Source of the DNA: Campylobacterota bacterium | GTDB lineage: Bacteria > Campylobacterota > Campylobacteria > Campylobacterales > Sulfurimonadaceae | DNA: 35,352 bases | Assembly (NCBI GenBank): GCA_034661055.1 | Contig: JAYEKO010000065.1 | Coordinates: forward strand, 1 to 35,352 | Direction of reading: 5' to 3' | In this document: positions 26,919 to 35,352 of the stretch, in pieces | How positions within the stretch are numbered: the first letter of the stretch is position 1 | Layout of the letters: every line of letters starts with the position of its first letter | Made by a program: the position numbers and the translations under genes | Notes under the pieces: model-generated | The model's database searches: none | What the model saw: the letters and a program-made list of their open reading frames with translations, nothing else | Told to the model about the DNA's origin: nothing

Positions 26919-27766
26919 GAGTTCTCCTGTAGTGAATATAATAATCTAATCTCTTCATCCCATATGGAACTATCGATTGTCTCTAAAATTAATGGAATGT
27001 CATCCATACGTTCATCATTCATAATAAAACGAAAAGCATCAATACCTATTTTACCTTTTCCAATACTCTCGTGCCTATCAACATGAGAGCCTAAATCAGG
27101 CTTAGAATCATTAAGATGCATCCCTTTTAAATATTCAAATCCCACTATGTTACCAAATTCTGCCATAGAAACATCATAAGCCTCTTTTGTTCTAATATCG
27201 TAACCAGCTGTAAACATATGACAGGTGTCAATACAGACTCCGACACGTGACTTGTCCTCAATCCTATCAATAATGTGTGCCAAGTGCTCAAACTTCCAGC
27301 CAAGATTACTTCCTTGACCTGCTGTATTTTCTAAGACCAAACTCACTTCAGTAGTCATTTCCAGCGTTTTATTCATAGATTCTGCAATACGATTTAAACA
27401 CTCTTCTTCACTAATCTGTTTTAAAAATGATCCTGGATGAAAATTAAGACGATCGAGTCCTAATAGTTCGCATCGCTGTACTTCATCAACAAAAGCATCA
27501 AAAGATTTGTTACGTTTCTCATCTTCTGGATGTCCCAAGTTTATTAAATATGAGTCGTGTGGTAACACATGCTTAGGTAAAATGCCACTATCTTGTAAAT
27601 TTTTCTTAAATAGATCTATAGTCTCACTATCTAAATCTTTAGCTTTCCATTGTCTCTGATTTTTGGTAAAAAGTGCAAATGCCTGTGCTCCAATTTTCAT
27701 TGCATTAAGAGGTGCATTATAGACACCTCCCGCTGCTGATGTGTGAGCTCCTACAAATTTACTCAT
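26915..27766 (-). CDS. nfo: Endonuclease IV (AP endonuclease)
   Basis: [52 protein letters not shown] and ILET motifs. Confidence 0.98.
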   Translation of the reverse strand: MSKFVGAHTSAAGGVYNAPLNAMKIGAQAFALFTKNQRQWKAKDLDSETIDLFKKNLQDSGILPKHVLPHDSYLINLGHPEDEKRNKSFDAFVDEVQRCELLGLDRLNFHPGSFLKQISEEECLNRIAESMNKTLEMTTEVSLVLENTAGQGSNLGWKFEHLAHIIDRIEDKSRVGVCIDTCHMFTAGYDIRTKEAYDVSMAEFGNIVGFEYLKGMHLNDSKPDLGSHVDRHESIGKGKIGIDAFRFIMNDERMDDIPLILETIDSSIWDEEIRLLYSLQENS

Positions 27767-28254
27767 TGTACCTCCCTGATTTTTATTAAAATACCATTTA
27801 TCTTATCTTTAAAATAGATGCTGTTGTTACTTATTTTATATATGACATTATAGGTCTTAGCCTTAATACTCTGCTTAAAGCCATCATCTGTTTTTTGCAG
27901 GCCCTTTTTATTAAAGATTGGCTCACCTCTAAAAATATTCTTTAATACCTCATTAGGATAGTTACTATGTAAATACTCCTGATTAAAAGCATCATAATTT
28001 AGACACCCTTTTTTGGTACAGACATCATCCTCAAGTTGAAAGTTCTGCACTAGATTTCCAGCTGAAAACAGCTCGACTTCAACACCTCTGCTGCTTTTAC
28101 GTATATAGCCCATATCGCTAAAACGAAATGCATCACTTTTAAAAGTGACAAGCACCGATGTTGCAGGAGCATACTCTTTAACACTACACCCACTAAATAG
28201 AAGTAAATTAACCCATAGGATAAAGAATATTTTCATGAACTTTATCGCATGCAT
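27763..28254 (-). CDS. Lipoprotein of unknown function (Campylobacterota family, Cj0375-like as recalled)
   Basis: Hydrophobic leader with lipobox LFSGC. SD AGAGG before the ATG at 28254 (alternative ATG at 28236). 4-nt overlap with nfo. Confidence 0.8.
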   Translation of the reverse strand: MHAIKFMKIFFILWVNLLLFSGCSVKEYAPATSVLVTFKSDAFRFSDMGYIRKSSRGVEVELFSAGNLVQNFQLEDDVCTKKGCLNYDAFNQEYLHSNYPNEVLKNIFRGEPIFNKKGLQKTDDGFKQSIKAKTYNVIYKISNNSIYFKDKINGILIKIREVQ

Positions 28255-28277
28255 GCAGCACCTCTTTAAATCATTAA

Positions 28278-28384
28278 ATTCTATAATATTTTCTCCAGCG
28301 TTGCAATATCATCAATATGCTCTACTTTATCATATTTTAACTTTTAAAATGATTTCATGTCTGTTTTTCGAAGTAAGCTATAAT
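28278..28384. promoter_or_regulatory. Divergent promoters for the lipoprotein-nfo operon and the RND operon
   Basis: Minus-strand TAGAAT at 28283-28278. Plus-strand AGC-TATAAT at 28379-28384, 28 nt before the ATG at 28413. Confidence 0.5.
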
Positions 28385-28412
28385 TATTAAAATTTCAACT
28401 TAAGATCACTGT

Positions 28413-29813
28413 ATGCATGCACTTTTTTTACCTTTTTTACTACTATTTTTAGGATGCACTGTTCCTCAGGAAGTCCCTCTTACGTCTACTATTGCAATTC
28501 CTAAACAATACGTTGAAGAACAAAATACTCATGCGTCAGTACTCCTTGAGAGTATAGATTACAGATGGTGGGAAACGTTTAATGATAATGAGTTAAACTC
28601 TCTTGTTTCAACAGCATTAAAGAATAATCGTGAACTTAAAGTGGCTATGGAAAATGTCAATGCTGCCTCAGCAGTTCTTAAACAGAGTAATTCGCTACAG
28701 TCAATTCAAGCTGACAGTACAACATCAGCAACTAGAAATATACAGAGCAGCAGTAATGATTACAACAATCTAACCTTAGGGCTCTCAGCATCCTATGAGC
28801 TAGACATTTGGGGACGTTTAGATGCACTAGAACAGGCAAGTGAATATGATCTAAATGCAACGCAACAGGAGCTTAACTCTGTCGCCATCACACTAAGTTC
28901 TGAAGTAGCATTAGCGTGGTATCGACTGCTAGAGCAGCACCAGCAGTTACAACTTTTAGACCGGCAGATCGCAATTAATGAGAACTATCTACAGCTACTT
29001 ACTGCACAGTTTAACATCTCTAATGTTCGTGCGGCAGATATTATTCAACAGCGTCAATCACTTGCTGCCCTGCATGGAGAAAAAGAGCCTACACAAGCCC
29101 TTTTTAAACGCTATAAAACACAACTTGCTCTACTCTTGGGAATGGACACGTCAGATGCATACCTTCAAGCACTTCTTAGCGATGTAAACCTAGAAAAAGA
29201 GTACACTACACACTTCACTTCTTATAGAATCGATTCTACTAATCTTCAAGAACGGCCCGATGTTAAGGCCGCTTACTTTAGACTTCGCGCCAACAGCAAT
29301 CGACTTAGTGCAAGCATCTCTAACAGCTACCCCCGTTTTAGTCTTGGTGGAACACTCTACACCTCATCAGAAGCTATAGATGAACTCTTTAAAAACTGGT
29401 TTGCTACACTTGCAGCAAGCCTGAGTGCACCACTTCTTGATGGTGGTAGACGAAAAGCCGAGGTAGAGCAGCACAGAGCACTTGAACGTGCTGCACTCTT
29501 TAGTTATGAACAGACTCTTCTTAGCGCACTCAAAGAGGTACAAGATGCTCAAAGTGCGCTCGTTCATCAAGGGCGTTATGTTAAAAGTATTGAACAACAA
29601 GCACTATTGTCTTTAACTTCCATGAGGCAGATTCGACAGCAGTACATCTATGCCAAAGGGGATTTTTTACGTCTTTTAACAGCGCAGTTAAACTATGAGA
29701 ATCTGCAACGTACTAATCTTAGTGCCAAACGAGAACTTATAGAAAAAAATATTGCTCTACATCGGGCTGTTGCTTCTAAAATCACCCTACCAAATACTAT
29801 GGAGACTCAATGA
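28413..29813 (+). CDS. RND efflux outer-membrane factor lipoprotein (NodT/OprM/TolC family)
   Basis: Lipobox FLGC, WWETFNDNELNSLV, SYELDIWGR, ERPDVKAA, YPRFSL, PLLDGGR and ALKEVQDA motifs. Confidence 0.95.
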   Translation: MHALFLPFLLLFLGCTVPQEVPLTSTIAIPKQYVEEQNTHASVLLESIDYRWWETFNDNELNSLVSTALKNNRELKVAMENVNAASAVLKQSNSLQSIQADSTTSATRNIQSSSNDYNNLTLGLSASYELDIWGRLDALEQASEYDLNATQQELNSVAITLSSEVALAWYRLLEQHQQLQLLDRQIAINENYLQLLTAQFNISNVRAADIIQQRQSLAALHGEKEPTQALFKRYKTQLALLLGMDTSDAYLQALLSDVNLEKEYTTHFTSYRIDSTNLQERPDVKAAYFRLRANSNRLSASISNSYPRFSLGGTLYTSSEAIDELFKNWFATLAASLSAPLLDGGRRKAEVEQHRALERAALFSYEQTLLSALKEVQDAQSALVHQGRYVKSIEQQALLSLTSMRQIRQQYIYAKGDFLRLLTAQLNYENLQRTNLSAKRELIEKNIALHRAVASKITLPNTMETQ

Positions 29814-30946
29814 AAAAATTCTTATATATTCTACTCATTATTGCAATTTTAGGCGCAGGAGTTGGCGGAGCATTTTACTTTATGAAAAACCGTCCTAAAC
29901 CTAAAAAACGTCCCGTAGTTGAGCATATTACCTTAGTTAAAACTTCAAGTATCTCTCATAATGATGTCAATGTAAGCATCAATCTAATGGGAACAGTAAA
30001 GCCCTCCAAGAGTGTTGAACTCTCTTCACGTGTAGGAGGTGAAGTTATTTACACTTCCAACAATTTTAGACCGGGACAACTCTTTAAAAAAGGTGAGACA
30101 CTCTTAAAAATTGACCCGGTTGATTATGAGCTTATTGTGACACAGAGAGCTTCTGATGTAAGCAGAGCCCAATATGAGCTAAAATTAGAACATGCTCAAG
30201 GTGTTATAGCCGCTCAAGAGTTAGAGTTTTTAGGAGAAGATATTAAAAGTGAACAAGAGGAGCTGTTACTTAGAAAACCAAATTTACATGCTTCAAAAGC
30301 TAATTTAGATGCGGCTAAAGCTGCACTTAAAAAAGCAGAACTTGACCTACTAAGAACTACGGTTAAAGCACCCTTTAATGCTTCACTTCAGAAAATACAT
30401 GTAAATCTTGGTTCTCAAATCAAAGAGGGTCAAACACTCCTAACCCTAGTTGAGAGTAATATTTTTTGGGTTGAGGCTCATATTAAAATTGAAGATCTGA
30501 AATTTGTCTTGTTTCCATCCACTGCTACCGTGACATCTAACAGTAATATACGTTTTAAAGCAACTGCTATTGGTCTACTGCATGAACTTGAGGCCAACAC
30601 CTCTATGGCAAAAGTAATTTTAGAGGTTCATGATCCACTTGGACTTAAAAACAGAGCGCTACATAAAACCCCACTCTTTATTGGTGAACATGTCACTGCT
30701 TCACTCCAAGGAGAGCGCATTAAAGAGACATTTAAGCTGCCTCGACTCAGTGTACATGAAGGTAATGTAGTCTGGATTATGGACGCTAAAAGCCGTTTAC
30801 GTCTTGAAACCATTGAGCCACTCTGGCAAGACCGTGATTTTATCTATACACAACATTTAGATATTACAGCAGATGAACGTTTAATTACCTCACCACTTTC
30901 CACTGTTGTTGAGGGTATGAAAGTACGAGAAACTACTCATGAATAA
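29810..30946 (+). CDS. RND efflux periplasmic adaptor (membrane fusion protein)
   Basis: N-terminal TM anchor; lipoyl half-motifs SRVGGEV...KKGETLLKIDP and RTTVKAPFNA flanking a coiled coil. ATGA overlap with the upstream gene. Confidence 0.95.
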   Translation: MKKFLYILLIIAILGAGVGGAFYFMKNRPKPKKRPVVEHITLVKTSSISHNDVNVSINLMGTVKPSKSVELSSRVGGEVIYTSNNFRPGQLFKKGETLLKIDPVDYELIVTQRASDVSRAQYELKLEHAQGVIAAQELEFLGEDIKSEQEELLLRKPNLHASKANLDAAKAALKKAELDLLRTTVKAPFNASLQKIHVNLGSQIKEGQTLLTLVESNIFWVEAHIKIEDLKFVLFPSTATVTSNSNIRFKATAIGLLHELEANTSMAKVILEVHDPLGLKNRALHKTPLFIGEHVTASLQGERIKETFKLPRLSVHEGNVVWIMDAKSRLRLETIEPLWQDRDFIYTQHLDITADERLITSPLSTVVEGMKVRETTHE

Positions 30947-33900
30947 CAGCAATAACATCAGCGGTGCTATTGCATGGATGAGTAACCACAAGGTAGCGGC
31001 AAATCTACTGATGCTTACCTTTATTATTGGTGGTTTTTTTATGCTCTCATCAATGCGGCAAGAGATATTCCCTACCTACGATGTTGATGTCATTAAAGTC
31101 TCAGTAGCCTACCCGGGAGCAGCACCTCAAGAGGTTGAAGAGGGAATTATCTTAGCTATTGAAGAGGCAGTTAGCGGACTTGATGGGATTGATGAGATTA
31201 AGTCAACCGCAAAAGAGGGTAGCGCTGTTGTTAAGATTGAAGCAGAGACCAATACTGACTTACAGCGTTTAAGCAGTGAGATTCAAAATGAAGTTAATCG
31301 TATTGTCACTTTTCCTGTTGACATTGAAAAGCCTATTGTCTCCCTTCTTAGTCTTCGCAAACGTGGTGTTACTGTTGTTGTTTATGGTGATGCAAGCGAG
31401 AGTGTTGTTCATGAATATACTGAGATTTTTCGAGATGAACTACTTCAAGATCCACACATTACCGTCATTAATGTCAGTGGTGTGCGGCCTCTGGAAATCA
31501 GCATAGAAGTTCCTCAAGAAAATCTACGCCGCTACAACCTCAAGCTTGATGATATTAAACAGAAGATCCAACAAGCCAGTATTGATCTCTCAGGTGGTAG
31601 CATCCGAGCTAAAGGTGGCGAAATTATGATTCGGGTCAATGAGCGTAAAGACCGCGGACATGAATTTGCCTCTATCCCCATCATTAGCACGCAAGATGGC
31701 GCAACCATTTTACTGCGTGACATCGCTACTATTAAAGATGGTTATGAGGACAGTGACTATTTTGCCACATATAACTCCAAACGTGCAATGCTGCTTAAAA
31801 TCAGCAGTTCACCAAATCAGACACCACTGGAAATATCACAAGCGGTACATGAGAATTTAAAACTTTTTAAACAGAAGTTACCAGAGGGAATGCAGGCCGA
31901 TATTTTATATGATCAGTCCGATGGCTATGCTGATAGGATTGACCTTCTCCTTCGCAACAGCGCTTTAGGAATTATTTTAGTTCTTGCTGCCTTAGCTCTA
32001 TTTTTAGAGATACGTCTTGCATTTTGGGTGATGATGGGAATTCCAATCTCTTTTATGGGCTCTTTTTTAGTCTTGCCGCTACTAGATGTCTCACTCAATA
32101 TGATTTCACTTTTTGCTTTCATTATTGCACTTGGAATTGTCGTTGATGATGCCATTGTTGTGGGTGAGAATATCTACCGTTACCGACAGGAGGGAGATAG
32201 CCCAGTTGATGCTGCAACTAAAGGTGCCAAAGAGATGGCTATGCCTGTTACCTTTAGTATTTTGACAAATATTGCCACCTTTATGCCGCTATATTTTATG
32301 CCTGGGACAATGGGTAAAATCTTTCAGATTATACCGGTGGTCCTCTCCATTGTGTTTCTAGTTTCACTCTTTGAGAGCCTCTTTATTTTACCAGCACATT
32401 TACGTGCCTTAGAGCATAAACAGCGTCATGGACTATGGTTATGGATTCATAAACAGCAGCAGCGTTTTAGCCATGCATTTAAAGAGTGGGTAAGACATAC
32501 TTATGGTGGTTTTTTAAGTTATGTGCTACACCACCGAGCGCTTACTATTGCTGTTGCCATCTCCCTGCTCGTCGTCACTCTTGCTTTTGCACTCAGTGGA
32601 CGAATGGGAATGCAGATGTTTCCAAAGACAGAGTCTGACTTTGCAGTTGCAAAAGTTGCCATGCCATTTGGAACCCCGACACACGAAGTCGAAAAAGTCA
32701 TTAATAGACTCATTGCCTCTGCACAGAAGACTGCAAATGAGAGCAGTGACGGTGATACACTTCTTGTGGGAATGTTTGCCAATATCGGATCAAGCGGTGG
32801 TCATGCAGGAGACCTAACGGTCTATTTGGCTAAACCCGATATTCGTGAAACCATTATGAGTACAGATGCCTTTACTAATTCGTGGAGAGAGAACTTTGGC
32901 GAGATGGCAGGTATTGACACCATTACCTTTCAAGCCGACATGGGAGGTCCAGGTTCTGGTTCTGCACTTACTATTGAACTTAACCATCGAGATCTTGACC
33001 TACTCCAGCGTGCTAGTGAAGAGCTAGCTATAAAACTTGAAGATTACTCTATGGTCCAAGATATTGATAGTGGTTATGCAGAAGGAAAAGAACAGCTTGA
33101 CTTTATAGTTAAAGAGGCAGGTAAGCGCTTAGGTCTTGAAGCAAGAGATGTAGCACGACAGGTGAGAAATTCATTTTATGGTTCTGAGATTATTCGTCAA
33201 CAACGTGGTCGAAATGAGATACGTGTTATGGTACGTCTAAGTGAAGATGAACGTCGTTCCGAATATGATCTGCATAATCTTCTATTAAGAACTCCTAGCG
33301 GGGATGAAGTGCCATTTTATGATGTAGTCAGTCTCACACGTTCACTTGCCTATTCAAGTATTGATAGACGCAATGGACGACGCGTCATTACGGTCTCTGC
33401 AGATGTTACACCACGCAGTAAAGCAGGTGAAGTCATTAGCGACTTACAAGAGAGTACCTTACCTCAACTAATGCAGAAGTATCCAGGGCTGAAAATTAGT
33501 TTTCAGGGACGACAGGCCGATATGCGAGAGAGTGCAGGCTCTCTTAAACTCTCATTTGTCCTTGCCATGCTTGTAGTCTATGCCATGCTCTCCATTCCAT
33601 TTCAGAGTTATATCCAACCGCTTATTGTCATGATCAGTATTCCTTTTGGAGTTATTGGTGCTATTTTTGGGCACCTTATTATGGGCTACTCCTTAAGCAT
33701 GGTAAGTATGTTAGGTATTATTGCCCTCTCTGGAATTGTTGTTAATGACTCTCTTATTCTTATTAATAGAGCTAATGAGTTACATCGTGGTAGCAATAAG
33801 AGTTCTATAGATGTTGTCCATGAAGCTGCTATATCAAGATTTCGTCCTATTTTATTGACTACACTTACCACTTTTGGAGGTCTAATGCCTATGATACTAG

Positions 33901-34040
33901 AAACCTCTAAGCAGGCAAAAATACTTATTCCTATGGCTCTATCTATGGGGTTTGGGATTTTATTTGCCACCTTGATTACGCTCGTATTAGTACCTGTGCT
34001 CTATGTATCATTTAGTCGTTTAGAGGGGTATAGAAAATAA
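30939..34040 (+). CDS. RND efflux permease (AcrB/AcrD/AcrF family)
   Basis: 1033 aa with YPGAAPQEVE, GIVVDDAIVVGENI, GIVVNDSLIL, RFRPILLTTLTT and TLVLVPVLY motifs. Confidence 0.96.
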   Translation: MNNSNNISGAIAWMSNHKVAANLLMLTFIIGGFFMLSSMRQEIFPTYDVDVIKVSVAYPGAAPQEVEEGIILAIEEAVSGLDGIDEIKSTAKEGSAVVKIEAETNTDLQRLSSEIQNEVNRIVTFPVDIEKPIVSLLSLRKRGVTVVVYGDASESVVHEYTEIFRDELLQDPHITVINVSGVRPLEISIEVPQENLRRYNLKLDDIKQKIQQASIDLSGGSIRAKGGEIMIRVNERKDRGHEFASIPIISTQDGATILLRDIATIKDGYEDSDYFATYNSKRAMLLKISSSPNQTPLEISQAVHENLKLFKQKLPEGMQADILYDQSDGYADRIDLLLRNSALGIILVLAALALFLEIRLAFWVMMGIPISFMGSFLVLPLLDVSLNMISLFAFIIALGIVVDDAIVVGENIYRYRQEGDSPVDAATKGAKEMAMPVTFSILTNIATFMPLYFMPGTMGKIFQIIPVVLSIVFLVSLFESLFILPAHLRALEHKQRHGLWLWIHKQQQRFSHAFKEWVRHTYGGFLSYVLHHRALTIAVAISLLVVTLAFALSGRMGMQMFPKTESDFAVAKVAMPFGTPTHEVEKVINRLIASAQKTANESSDGDTLLVGMFANIGSSGGHAGDLTVYLAKPDIRETIMSTDAFTNSWRENFGEMAGIDTITFQADMGGPGSGSALTIELNHRDLDLLQRASEELAIKLEDYSMVQDIDSGYAEGKEQLDFIVKEAGKRLGLEARDVARQVRNSFYGSEIIRQQRGRNEIRVMVRLSEDERRSEYDLHNLLLRTPSGDEVPFYDVVSLTRSLAYSSIDRRNGRRVITVSADVTPRSKAGEVISDLQESTLPQLMQKYPGLKISFQGRQADMRESAGSLKLSFVLAMLVVYAMLSIPFQSYIQPLIVMISIPFGVIGAIFGHLIMGYSLSMVSMLGIIALSGIVVNDSLILINRANELHRGSNKSSIDVVHEAAISRFRPILLTTLTTFGGLMPMILETSKQAKILIPMALSMGFGILFATLITLVLVPVLYVSFSRLEGYRK

Positions 34041-34072
34041 ATGGCACCTCTAAATTATTTCATCGGATTTAG

Positions 34073-34088
34073 TTCTGTTTAAACAGAA
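34073..34088. promoter_or_regulatory. Perfect 16-bp palindrome (operator or terminator stem)
   Basis: TTCTGTTTAAACAGAA lies between the RND permease stop and the -10-like boxes (TATAAT 34094-34099, TAGAAT 34106-34111) of the HDOD gene. Confidence 0.45.
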
Positions 34089-34131
34089 TAAATTATAATG
34101 TGTAATAGAATTAAAATATAGGCTTGAACTT

Positions 34132-34938
34132 ATGAAAGATTTCTTACAAAAAAAAATTAAACAGCTTCCACCACTTCCTGAGTCTGCCATGCAGATAGAA
34201 GCAGTGTATCATAACAGCGAAAGTACTTTTAATGATATGGTACAAATACTGGAACAAGACCCTCTCTTAACTGCCGATATCTTAAAAGCAGCAAACTCTC
34301 CACTATACGGTTTTTCAAGAGAAATTAACGCTATTTCTCAAGCAGTTAGCCTATTTGGTATGGGAACTGTACGCGGTTTTGCATTAGCGAGTATTGTCAA
34401 AAATAGTTTTACTCTAGAGTTATCTCCTTACGGCATCTCAAATGAACAGTTCTCAGCTCTTTCAAAAAAACAACATGCACTAATTACAAGTTGGTTTCTT
34501 AAAAAAGAGCCTAAACTTTTAGGTATTTTATCTCCTGCTGCCTTTTTAGTTGAGATTGGAAAAGTTTTCATTGCGCAATATCTCATAGAAAAGAATATAG
34601 TAGAGGCATTTAAAACTAAAGTTGAAGAATTAAATGGTGATATAGAAGCTGCTGAAGTAGCTATCACCGGCATGCAAGCGCCTGAAGTAAGTGCTGCTAT
34701 TTTTTCTCAATGGAGGTTTGAAACGGCACTTATTGATACTATTGCTAACTGTACAAATCCTAATAATGCACTAGAAGAAGATAGAAAAACAGCTCAGATT
34801 TTACATGTAGTTCGTGTAGCTATTTCTATTACAGGACAGATTACACCAAAAAGCAGTGAGGCTGCTAAAACACTCATTAAAGAGTATGGTCTTGATATGG
34901 AAAGTTTTGAAACAGCATTAGCTAATTCTGACGGGTAG
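34132..34938 (+). CDS. Stand-alone HDOD domain protein (Cj0248-like)
   Basis: LPPLPES, EQDPLLTADILKAANSPLYGF, QAVSLFG, EIGKVFI and FSQWRF motifs. The usual LHDIG motif reads LVEIG. Confidence 0.92.
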   Translation: MKDFLQKKIKQLPPLPESAMQIEAVYHNSESTFNDMVQILEQDPLLTADILKAANSPLYGFSREINAISQAVSLFGMGTVRGFALASIVKNSFTLELSPYGISNEQFSALSKKQHALITSWFLKKEPKLLGILSPAAFLVEIGKVFIAQYLIEKNIVEAFKTKVEELNGDIEAAEVAITGMQAPEVSAAIFSQWRFETALIDTIANCTNPNNALEEDRKTAQILHVVRVAISITGQITPKSSEAAKTLIKEYGLDMESFETALANSDG

Positions 34939-35076
34939 TGCTTTTAAAAAATACTCTACAATACGCTTTTGCAACCAGTACTCTGGTTTAAAAAGTGTTC
35001 CTCCAATAAATCCTACATGCCCTCCATTTTTATATATTTCAAGTGTGACACAAGGTGCACACTCTTTTGCACTTGG
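34918..35076 (-). pseudogene. 3' remnant (52 codons) of a YheT-family alpha/beta hydrolase
   Basis: The minus frame reads PSAKECAPCVTLEIYKNGGHVGFIGGTLFKPEYWLQKRIVEYFLKALPVRIS*, containing the YheT C-terminal motif GGHVGF...YWL..RI. An in-frame TAG lies two codons upstream, and the rest of the roughly 320-aa gene is absent. Confidence 0.8.
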
Positions 35077-35079
35077 TCC

Positions 35080-35136
35080 CTAAACTCTTCTTGTAAAAAA
35101 ACTAATCTCTTTTTCTAATCGCTCTTTTTTACTCAT
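35080..35136 (-). pseudogene. Short ORF / 5' remnant of a small gene (MSKKERLEKEISFF...)
   Basis: ATG at 35136 with a TATGAT -10-like box at 35153-35148. It runs 18 codons to a TAG and contains a T7 run. Confidence 0.4.
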
Positions 35137-35221
35137 AACACAATGGTATCATAAGTACTTAAACTCCTCCACAAAAAGATGTTACACCCGTGTGATTTAT
35201 CTTAGTTCACTATTAAACTGC

Positions 35222-35352
35222 CTACAAGAGCGTACTAATTGAAATATGTTGATTATCTGCTTTAGCAACTTTTTTTTCAGATGAGAGTACAAGGTTTATA
35301 TTATCAATTGACCTGTTTTTACATTTGACACTAATCTCTACAACAGCAGCAC
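35222..35352 (-). CDS. Possible 3' end of a gene entering from outside the window
   Basis: Open frame from the window edge: AAVVEISVKCKNRSIDNINLVLSSEKKVAKADNQHISISTLL*. No recognisable motif. Confidence 0.3.
   Translation of the reverse strand, partial: AAVVEISVKCKNRSIDNINLVLSSEKKVAKADNQHISISTLL

Noticed and set aside
3768..34673. Other short ORF-track entries nested in or antisense to pflA, nuo, RND and HDOD genes (e.g. 3768, 10745, 14167, 15133, 17527, 18705, 19388, 20643, 21620, 22868, 28978, 29367, 30628, 31276-32817, 33686, 34428)
   Set aside because: They lie within or largely overlap well-supported genes and show no recognisable motifs. Such ORFs are expected by chance.
35080..35082. 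TAG read-through (pyrrolysine or recoding) joining the short ORF to the YheT tail
   Set aside because: The product would still lack the catalytic Ser and Asp regions, and other genes in the window end normally at TAG. A rearrangement scar is simpler.
1..35352. CRISPR array, transposase, integrase, prophage or defence genes
   Set aside because: I found no regularly spaced repeats and no ORF with such motifs. The TPR protein and AAA+ ATPase are better explained as core Campylobacterota genes.

Overview
Core chromosomal DNA from an AT-rich Campylobacterota (Epsilonproteobacteria) genome, most like a free-living Sulfurimonas-type organism. This is inferred from tRNA-Arg(GCG), mqnP, pflA behind nuoN, the NuoX-type subunit and the promoter style. 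Left to right: tRNA-Arg(GCG); a minus-strand operon mqnP / flgX-like degenerate PilZ gene / FipA-like membrane protein; miaA; a DUF2628-like membrane protein; pflA; a 15-gene complex I operon (nuoA-B-C-D, 74-aa NuoX, 665-aa SfrB/GltD-like Fe-S flavoprotein, 753-aa NuoG paralogue, 829-aa NuoG, nuoH-I-J-K-L-M-N); an operon of lipoprotein / nfo / FadL-type porin / AAA+ ATPase / 133-aa unknown; a tripartite RND efflux pump; an HDOD protein; and, missed by the ORF track, a YheT-hydrolase 3' remnant joined to a small broken gene. The most interesting system is the complex I electron-input arm. Canonical NuoE and NuoF are absent. In their place sit a predicted NADP(H)-linked flavoprotein and two complete NuoG subunits, giving about 15 predicted Fe-S clusters. 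The C-terminus of the extra NuoG resembles, from memory, Campylobacter/Helicobacter NuoY, so this locus may preserve the ancestral state of that orphan subunit. No CRISPR array, rRNA, transposase or integrase is visible. All family assignments come from motif recognition and recalled sequences; no searches were run.
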